DNA of 32,272 nucleotides from a virus (Duplodnaviria; Heunggongvirae; Uroviricota; Caudoviricetes): IMG/VR virus record IMGVR_UViG_2737471827_000002, positions 1 to 32,272 of that record; one strand, 5' to 3'. Shown piece by piece: positions 27,006 to 32,272 of this stretch (position 1 is its first letter; each line of letters starts with the position of its first letter). The notes under the pieces were generated by a model. It saw only the letters and a program-made list of their open reading frames with translations, ran no database searches and was not told where the DNA came from. The position numbers and the translations under genes were made by a program.

Positions 27006-27362
27006 TTATTCAGTTCTGGCTTTTGTCGCCCTGCGTATCCGCGCTTTCGCGTTACGCTCAATCTGAATTAGCTTTTCTATATTTTTCCGCCTTTCCCGTT
27101 CCTCCTGGCGCAAGAGCCTTACATCATCCGCCAGTCTGGTTTCTCTTTTCGCCACTGAGAGCATCCAGTCAAACGGCTCCACAACTGCACCGCAGATTTT
27201 ACAGCGGACCTGGCGCTCTTTTTCGTCAACCCGGACAGAGGAGTGATGGCAGTATGATCTTTCCGATGGCTCATAAAGAAAATTAACCTGATTACGTGGG
27301 CCATCCTCTTTTACCGGAAATAAAACAATATTACTTAACTCATCTTCTGGTTTTATTTCCAT
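27006..27362 (-). CDS. Hypothetical protein with Cys-x2-Cys / His-His zinc-ribbon-like motif (118 aa from MEIKPEDEL)
   Basis: ORF track 27006-27419; SD AAAGGAGAGG precedes ATG at 27362; CHH...CKIC motif; Arg/Lys-rich C-terminus. Confidence 0.55.
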   Translation of the reverse strand: MEIKPEDELSNIVLFPVKEDGPRNQVNFLYEPSERSYCHHSSVRVDEKERQVRCKICGAVVEPFDWMLSVAKRETRLADDVRLLRQEERERRKNIEKLIQIERNAKARIRRATKARTE

Positions 27363-27840
27363 GCTCCTCTCCTTTGATGCGAATACCAGCGGCAATTGAA
27401 GCCTGATAGCTAATTTCACTCACAGCCCCCCCCTGTAAATTCCCATGATAAAACGCCAGCACGCGCTGCATAACTTCGCTCTTCCGGCACTCGCTACAGA
27501 TTATGTTCTGACGCCTGTCGTAGCGGCGTATTTCTCCGTCTGGTAATGACCAGATAAGGTCCGGATCAACAACAGATGATTTCTTCAGATTTGCCCTTGA
27601 GAGTTTTTTGCGGGCGTTTTGCCAGTCCTTACGCGCCTGTTCAGACGGGAATAACCCGTAGCCAGAAACGTACACATCACCACTGGCAGCCAGCTCTCTG
27701 GCGAGAAGGCTCATCAGATATCTTGTCGCCCCTGTTTTCGCCTCCAGTTGGCGTAACGTCTCGCGTCCACTCTGGCGTACAAGTTCAACAACCTGCCCTT
27801 TAATTTTTTCCCGCTCTTCCTGTGTAAATACTCTTGCCAT
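27340..27840 (-). CDS. Hypothetical protein (about 166 aa)
   Basis: Probable start MARVFTQEER after SD GGAGG; ends GIRIKGE within the junction motif. Confidence 0.55.
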   Translation of the reverse strand: MARVFTQEEREKIKGQVVELVRQSGRETLRQLEAKTGATRYLMSLLARELAASGDVYVSGYGLFPSEQARKDWQNARKKLSRANLKKSSVVDPDLIWSLPDGEIRRYDRRQNIICSECRKSEVMQRVLAFYHGNLQGGAVSEISYQASIAAGIRIKGEEHGNKTRR

Positions 27841-27855
27841 AAGCGCCTCCGGCAA

Positions 27856-28626
27856 TCACTTTTCCGACACAATACGACTGGAGGAATCGACAATCTGTCG
27901 GACAATATCCCGGTGCTTGTTCAGCTCCCGCAGTGCAGCGCAGACACGCTCCCACTTCTTGACATGATTTTTCGCCCGACGCAGCTCTCGGTTTGCCATA
28001 TGCAGCGATGGTAAAACCAGGTCATCAGCTCGCGTTTCAGTAAACGATGGCAACGATTGCACAATGTCCGCTACAGTTTCTGTTTTTATATCTTCCTGTG
28101 TTGCCGCTTCCTGTACTGGTAACGCAACACCTGCTGGCTGAGGAAAGGCCTTACCATCATTTTCCGTTACCGGCACGGATTTCGGCTCTGCTGGTAACTT
28201 ATCGCCCGGCATGCAGTAACGAAATTTACCGTTCTGATTAACGCGTGCCAGCCGCCCCGTTGCGGTTACCACAGCCAGCGTGGAAGCAACTTTGCGAGTA
28301 CTGACACCGAACTTACCCGCCAGTTCCTCACACGTTTTAGCCCCCTCCTGACCGATAAACTCAATCATCATGTCTGCGGTAACTTTTTGTTCGACCTCCC
28401 CGGTCAGCATATCCTGTGCTTCAGATTTTACTGGCCGCTCTTCGGTTACCCGGGATTCACCTTCGCCAACCAGAAACCAGGTGTGACCAGTTTTATCAAC
28501 GACGCCATTTCTTTTGAGTTCCCACAGCTCGTTCAGCACTTCTTCACGACTGATATCAAGTCGCGTAGCCAGTTCCACCGACGTGGCTTTTCCCATTGCT
28601 TTCAGTGCGTCAAAAACGGTCTCCAT
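27856..28626 (-). CDS. Hypothetical protein, possible DNA-binding protein with two winged-helix-like segments
   Basis: 256 aa; repeated helix-turn-helix-like stretches; function unknown. Confidence 0.5.
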   Translation of the reverse strand: METVFDALKAMGKATSVELATRLDISREEVLNELWELKRNGVVDKTGHTWFLVGEGESRVTEERPVKSEAQDMLTGEVEQKVTADMMIEFIGQEGAKTCEELAGKFGVSTRKVASTLAVVTATGRLARVNQNGKFRYCMPGDKLPAEPKSVPVTENDGKAFPQPAGVALPVQEAATQEDIKTETVADIVQSLPSFTETRADDLVLPSLHMANRELRRAKNHVKKWERVCAALRELNKHRDIVRQIVDSSSRIVSEK

Positions 28627-28659
28627 TAAAATTTCCTCCCGGTAAAATTACTTCTCAAC

Positions 28660-29121
28660 TCAGACAAAACCAGCCGCTTTCCGCCGCTCATATTCCTGTT
28701 TCAGCAACTCAATTGGTGTTGGCCCCGAAGAATGCTTTGGTGCAGCCAGTTGCCGCCGGACTGGCGGAATACTCAGGCCGTTACCAACATGCTTCGCCCA
28801 TTTCGTCAGTTGCCATTCTGCAAGTCGTTTTAACTCCCCTTCGGTCATCTGACGCTCAACCCCTTTTGCCCGCATCTCGAGGCAAATGTGATACAGCACA
28901 GGCTGAGACCACGGGTATTTATCGCTTCCGTCGTATCGCCAGGACTCGTTGCGCCAGCGGCGGTACTCCTCCATCACAGCATCCACCGTCAGACCGAATG
29001 GATTTGCCCCACTCTCCGAAATCAGCGCCACAAACTCAGCCAGGTCCGGAGGCCATGTTTCACCCGCCCGGCAGCGGTCCATGCACTGGCGGCAGACCTG
29101 TCGGATTTGCTGCTCAGTCAT
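28660..29121 (-). CDS. Replication protein, P-like (putative helicase loader), start overlapping O stop
   Basis: ORF track 28660-29325; likely ATG at 29121 (MTEQQIRQ) forming ATGACTGA with the O stop; no Walker A motif; P-like resemblance is a weak recollection. Confidence 0.45.
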   Translation of the reverse strand: MTEQQIRQVCRQCMDRCRAGETWPPDLAEFVALISESGANPFGLTVDAVMEEYRRWRNESWRYDGSDKYPWSQPVLYHICLEMRAKGVERQMTEGELKRLAEWQLTKWAKHVGNGLSIPPVRRQLAAPKHSSGPTPIELLKQEYERRKAAGFV

Positions 29122-30154
29122 CGCACCAATCTGTGCAATCCAGAGCTTCGAAGGTGCGGCCCCGTTCTTCTGGGTCCAGCGGTTCGAATAAACCTCCCCC
29201 ATGAGTTCCCACAGCTTCCACGCCGTTTCCGTCGCTGATAAATCCGTTTTCACGTTCCCACTGCTCACGTGCTGCCCGAATTTCCTGAACTGCCCGTGAT
29301 GCGGTGCCACCTGGTGCTGCTGCATGGTTCCCCCCCTTGCTGACTGGTTTAACCTGCGCCCTGACGTGATTTACGTGACGGGCGAATTTCTGCTCCCACT
29401 GAACCTGTGTGAAAACTTTACCCTCCGCTGCCCAGTAGTCCCGGAAGGCGGCAAGTTCAGCTGGTGTAAATTCCGGCTCCGGCAGAGCCACTCCCCACAG
29501 AGCTGCCCGCCGTCGAAAATCCGGCGACGGATGCCAGCCATCAGTCATCGGAAATTTCCCGATGGGTTCGCTCAGGCCTTCCAGGTAATCAGGTTCCGCT
29601 GCCTGCAACGGCACGCCATTCGACTCACTGGTCGGAGCACTCTCGCGCACGCGCGCGTTATGTGTGGGGTTTAATTCTTTATCTGTATCTTTATCTGTCG
29701 TGACTCGTCGTGACATGTCGTGACATATGCGTGACTCGTCATGCCCCTCCTCATTCTGTTTTCGTAATTTTTCCCTCTCGCGCTGCGCTCTCTTGCGCTC
29801 TGCCGGGGATTTCGCGGTTTGTGAAACGTTGCCATTGTCCTCTTTCAGTACCTGGCGTTTTTCCCATCCAGAGATTAAATCTCCATCAAGTACCCGCCCC
29901 TGCATTGCCTGTAAAATTGAATCAATTACCTCTTCCGTCACATCAAGCGCACTTGCTAAATCCTCCGTCGTGACATCAATGTGACCACGTAGTGACACGC
30001 CGTGACATGTCGTGACATTTCGTGACGCGCTCACCAGAAGGTGGATATACACAGCCATCACTGTTGCGATTGGCTGTCCTGACACCCTGGAAATTGTTCG
30101 CCACTTAGGATCATTTGGCATGTCATGCCATAATCTGAGCCAGGCGTTAGCCAT
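29114..30154 (-). CDS. Replication initiator, O-like, with iteron arrays inside its coding sequence
   Basis: About 346 aa from ATG at 30154 (SD AAGAGG); two arrays of GTGAC-type repeats with about 10.5-bp period lie inside the gene. Confidence 0.6.
   Translation of the reverse strand: MANAWLRLWHDMPNDPKWRTISRVSGQPIATVMAVYIHLLVSASRNVTTCHGVSLRGHIDVTTEDLASALDVTEEVIDSILQAMQGRVLDGDLISGWEKRQVLKEDNGNVSQTAKSPAERKRAQREREKLRKQNEEGHDESRICHDMSRRVTTDKDTDKELNPTHNARVRESAPTSESNGVPLQAAEPDYLEGLSEPIGKFPMTDGWHPSPDFRRRAALWGVALPEPEFTPAELAAFRDYWAAEGKVFTQVQWEQKFARHVNHVRAQVKPVSKGGNHAAAPGGTASRAVQEIRAAREQWERENGFISDGNGVEAVGTHGGGLFEPLDPEERGRTFEALDCTDWCDD
29697..29735. repeat. Iteron array A: four copies of (G/C)TCGTGAC at 10-11-bp spacing, flanked by AT-rich segment 29666-29696
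   Basis: Copies at about 29697, 29707, 29717 and 29728; adjacent AT-rich direct repeat CTTTATCTGT twice. Confidence 0.6.
29970..30026. repeat. Iteron array B: six copies of GTGAC(A) at 10-11-bp spacing
   Basis: GTGAC at 29970, 29981, 29992, 30002, 30012 and 30022. Confidence 0.6.
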
Positions 30155-30225
30155 ACTCACCTCTTCTGATACCGAATCTTTTTACTCACAAATTGCCGGA
30201 AGTGATCCGGTATGAATATTGCGAG

Positions 30226-30651
30226 TCAATGCACAGCCACAATATTTCCTGCAGGGCCACCACGATTCATCTGGTTGAAACCAGCGATCGCCACTGCGAC
30301 AAAATCATCAGCGTCTCTCACCAGTCGTTCCCGCGTCTCCACCAGTTCCCGAAAATAGGTTGAGCTATGGCTGCGCATTCGGGCCACCAGCAGAGGTGGC
30401 ATTGCTTTTTCGATAGCTGGTAACAACGCCTGAATTTTTTTAACCGCATCAGGGGTGTCTTTCTCCACCCAGCGGAAAATTTTCTGAGTATTGCGAGCCA
30501 GGGCTTCCGGATGGCTGTCGTCATACAGTTCCGGGAACGTCATCCCCAGTTCGAAATAAGCCTTAGTTATCTCAGCTGCCGGAACCTTTTCACCATCAGG
30601 GTATGCCCATGCATTCATCGCCATGCGGATGTGTTCATGCTTGATTTTCAT
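30226..30651 (-). CDS. YdaT-like protein (CII-position regulator)
   Basis: 141 aa; MKIKHEHI... N-terminus and position directly downstream of the cro-like gene resemble Rac YdaT (from memory). Confidence 0.5.
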   Translation of the reverse strand: MKIKHEHIRMAMNAWAYPDGEKVPAAEITKAYFELGMTFPELYDDSHPEALARNTQKIFRWVEKDTPDAVKKIQALLPAIEKAMPPLLVARMRSHSSTYFRELVETRERLVRDADDFVAVAIAGFNQMNRGGPAGNIVAVH

Positions 30652-30907
30652 GAATCATCTCCGGTGCATTTGGTGTGTTAGCCTTACATCCAACAGGTAA
30701 ACCGTCAGTTGGGTTAGGGTAAATGTCTGGGCGAATTTCATGCGGGGTAACTTCCCACTTCATTAGCTGACATAGCGGAATTACCTGCTTTGGGGGGACG
30801 CCAAAGCTAAACCATTGCCAAACGGTCTGTTGGGCGACCCCCATATAACGACCTATTTCAGCCTGAGTGTATTTCTGCCTAATTTTTTCGCGAGTGCTAT
30901 CTAGCAT
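30635..30907 (-). CDS. Cro/YdaS-like HTH regulator
   Basis: 90 aa; HTH QAEIGRYMGVAQQTVWQW; strong SD GAGGAGGGG; divergent from the repressor gene across an operator region. Confidence 0.7.
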   Translation of the reverse strand: MLDSTREKIRQKYTQAEIGRYMGVAQQTVWQWFSFGVPPKQVIPLCQLMKWEVTPHEIRPDIYPNPTDGLPVGCKANTPNAPEMIHENQA

Positions 30908-30940
30908 TTTCCCCTCCTCTAAAAACTATAGGCAAAGGCT

Positions 30941-30979
30941 ACAATAAAAAACTGTATTTGATCAACAGTTTTTTATTGT
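30941..30979. promoter_or_regulatory. OR-type operator: 15-bp inverted repeat ACAATAAAAAACTGT / ACAGTTTTTTATTGT with 9-bp spacer, in the divergent promoter region
   Basis: Perfect arms at 30941-30955 and 30965-30979; additional partial sites at 30919-30930 and 30984-31008; shares half-site with the palindrome at 31972-32018. Confidence 0.65.
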
Positions 30980-31015
30980 GATGCTTTTAACAGTATTTAC
31001 CTGTAAAATTGAATA

Positions 31016-31417
31016 ATGATGAGCGCCCTAGAAGTATCTATGTACAGAATCAGCAAGCTTCTTCAGGAAACTGGATGGAGCCAGGCTGAGCTTGCCCGTA
31101 GAATTGGTGTGACACAACAAACTGTTCAACAATGGGTCAGCGGTAAGGCTACACCTAAAGCCTCAAGTTTGGATAAACTGGTTGAGGTTACAGGGCATCC
31201 ATTGCATTGGTTTTTATTGCCTCCTGAAGAGGGGGAGCAAATTTTCACCCCTGACACGATGAAAATTGGTCCTCGCCAACGCGAACTGCTCCAGGCTTTT
31301 AGTGCGTTCCCTGAGGAAGACCAAGAAAAAATGCTTCAAGAAATCAAAGACAAGAAAAAATCAATGGAAGAAACCATTGCCCGGTGGCTGGCGGCACAAA
31401 AAAGCCGCCGGGCGTGA
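31016..31417 (+). CDS. CI-like prophage repressor, HTH (XRE) type, without a LexA-like cleavage domain (possibly PaaR2-like)
   Basis: 133 aa; HTH SQAELARRIGVTQQTVQQWVSG; divergent from cro-like gene; -10-like TAAAAT about 10 nt before ATG suggests a short or leaderless transcript. Confidence 0.7.
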   Translation: MMSALEVSMYRISKLLQETGWSQAELARRIGVTQQTVQQWVSGKATPKASSLDKLVEVTGHPLHWFLLPPEEGEQIFTPDTMKIGPRQRELLQAFSAFPEEDQEKMLQEIKDKKKSMEETIARWLAAQKSRRA

Positions 31418-31444
31418 CCACAGTACAAGAAGAGGAGTTATGCC

Positions 31445-31636
31445 ATGGGTACAGCCCTTTCTCCGATAGTTTCAGAATTCGAAACTATCGAACAAGAAAA
31501 CAGTTACAACGAATGGTTGCGCGCTAAAGTAGCGTCGAGCCTTGCAGACCCTCGTCCCGCAATTCCACATGACGAGGTAATGGCTGAAATGGAAAATCTT
31601 ATTGCTCAAATCGTTGTAACTAACAGGAGCGAGTAA
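31445..31636 (+). CDS. paaA2: Antitoxin of ParE-type TA pair (PaaA2-like)
   Basis: 63 aa; directly upstream of and abutting a ParE-family toxin gene; resembles PaaA2 of E. coli O157:H7 from memory. Confidence 0.6.
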   Translation: MGTALSPIVSEFETIEQENSYNEWLRAKVASSLADPRPAIPHDEVMAEMENLIAQIVVTNRSE

Positions 31637-31923
31637 TGTTACCCATTTTATGGCTACCATCTGCTCGCGATGATTTGCGTCAGATCATAACTTACATCGC
31701 CAAGGAGAACCCACCGGCAGCGCGCAGACTAAAAATACGCATTGAAACATCGGTATTACCTCTATCTGAGCATCCGTACCTATATCCACTAAGCGAACGG
31801 GTTTCAGGGGTGAGAGAGATAGTGACCCACCCTAACTACATAATCCTGTACAGAGTAGCTGCTTCAAGCATTGAGATTGTAAGCGTGATACATGCTCGCC
31901 GACAATTTCCCTCCTCTATCTGA
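31636..31923 (+). CDS. parE2: ParE/RelE-family toxin (ParE2-like)
   Basis: 95 aa; MLPILWLPSARDDLRQIITYIAKENPPAARRL...GVREIVTHPNYIILYRV...IEIVSVIHARR is a typical ParE/RelE pattern. Confidence 0.75.
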   Translation: MLPILWLPSARDDLRQIITYIAKENPPAARRLKIRIETSVLPLSEHPYLYPLSERVSGVREIVTHPNYIILYRVAASSIEIVSVIHARRQFPSSI

Positions 31924-31941
31924 GCTGAACAATTTTCATAC

Positions 31942-31965
31942 TCCCTCTTTCGAGGGATTTTTTTT
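31942..31965 (+). terminator. Intrinsic terminator after the toxin gene
   Basis: TCCCTC-TTTC-GAGGGA followed by TTTTTTTT. Confidence 0.75.
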
Positions 31966-31971
31966 GCTCAG

Positions 31972-32018
31972 ATCTACAATTAAAAACTGTTGACATAAAA
32001 CAGTTTTTAATTGTAGAT
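31972..32018. promoter_or_regulatory. OL-type operator overlapping candidate pL: 20-bp perfect inverted repeat with 7-bp spacer containing TTGACA
   Basis: ATCTACAATTAAAAACTGTT gacataa AACAGTTTTTAATTGTAGAT; TTGACA at 31990-31995 and TAGATT at 32014-32019, 18 nt apart. Confidence 0.65.
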
Positions 32019-32198
32019 TGTATTCACCAACCCACCCCGCCCCACAGAACGCAGGGCAATACTTCGAGTTACCAGGCAGTGGCAAGGGGTTAAGTAGCCA
32101 GCCCGAGGCGTAAGAACATGACGTCAGGGTTCAACTTTAATAACTATGCAGCAGGTTTTTGTTCCGCTACCCCGGCGTTAAGGGGAAATGAGGTCAGC

Positions 32199-32272
32199 AT
32201 GGATACTATCGATCTTGGCAACAACGAATCTCTGGTGTGCGGCGTGTTTCCAAACCAGGACGGCACATTCAC
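32199..32272 (+). CDS. Start of an unidentified early-left gene (partial, runs off window end)
   Basis: SD GGGGAAATGAGG then ATG at 32199; MDTIDLGNNESLVCGVFPNQDGTF...; open to window end; downstream of OL/pL. Confidence 0.45.
   Translation, partial: MDTIDLGNNESLVCGVFPNQDGTF

Larger units (their letters stand above)
1..32272. mobile_element. Lambdoid prophage segment (tail, head, terminase, cos, lysis, Q, nin, replication and immunity regions); neither prophage end is in the window
   Basis: Gene order and protein sequences follow lambda for structural genes; lambda cohesive-end sequence present; lysis genes phage-21-like; immunity region Rac/CP-933P-like (from memory). Confidence 0.9.

Noticed and set aside
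31266-31469. 67-aa plus-strand ORF
   Set aside because: Alternative frame inside the repressor gene 3' end with a Lys/Arg-rich translation; not supported.
1-32272. CRISPR array, integrase or att site
   Set aside because: No regularly spaced direct repeats with unique spacers; no tyrosine or serine recombinase-like ORF; prophage ends appear to lie outside the window.

Overview
The window is a large part of a lambda-like (lambdoid) prophage of an enterobacterium, most likely Escherichia coli; almost all genes are on the minus strand. From left to right: tail genes K (partial), L, M, H, T/G, V, U, Z; head genes FII, FI, E, D, C/Nu3, B, W; terminase A and Nu1; the cos site (cosN 14727-14738); a small plus-strand gene at the position bor occupies in lambda; a phage-21-type lysis cassette (Rz/Rz1, SAR endolysin R, pinholin S) interrupted by two unrecognised genes; a long non-coding interval with terminators; an orphan DNA methyltransferase, a small HTH-like ORF and an ORF6N-type protein; late promoter pR' and terminator tR'; antiterminator Q; RusA; a DUF968 protein; an AT-rich two-gene insertion with its own promoter and terminator; hok; a run of translationally coupled small nin-region genes; P-like and O-like replication genes with iteron arrays; YdaT-like and Cro/YdaS-like genes; then a divergent plus-strand CI-like repressor followed by a PaaA2/ParE2-like toxin-antitoxin pair, an OL-type operator and the start of another gene. 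Product names come from my recollection of lambda, phage 21, 933W and K-12 cryptic-prophage proteins; no database search was run. The best candidates for an undescribed system are the two-gene membrane-protein insertion (23154-24400) and the gene pair splitting holin from endolysin (16330-17206). No rRNA, tRNA, CRISPR array, integrase or att site was seen.
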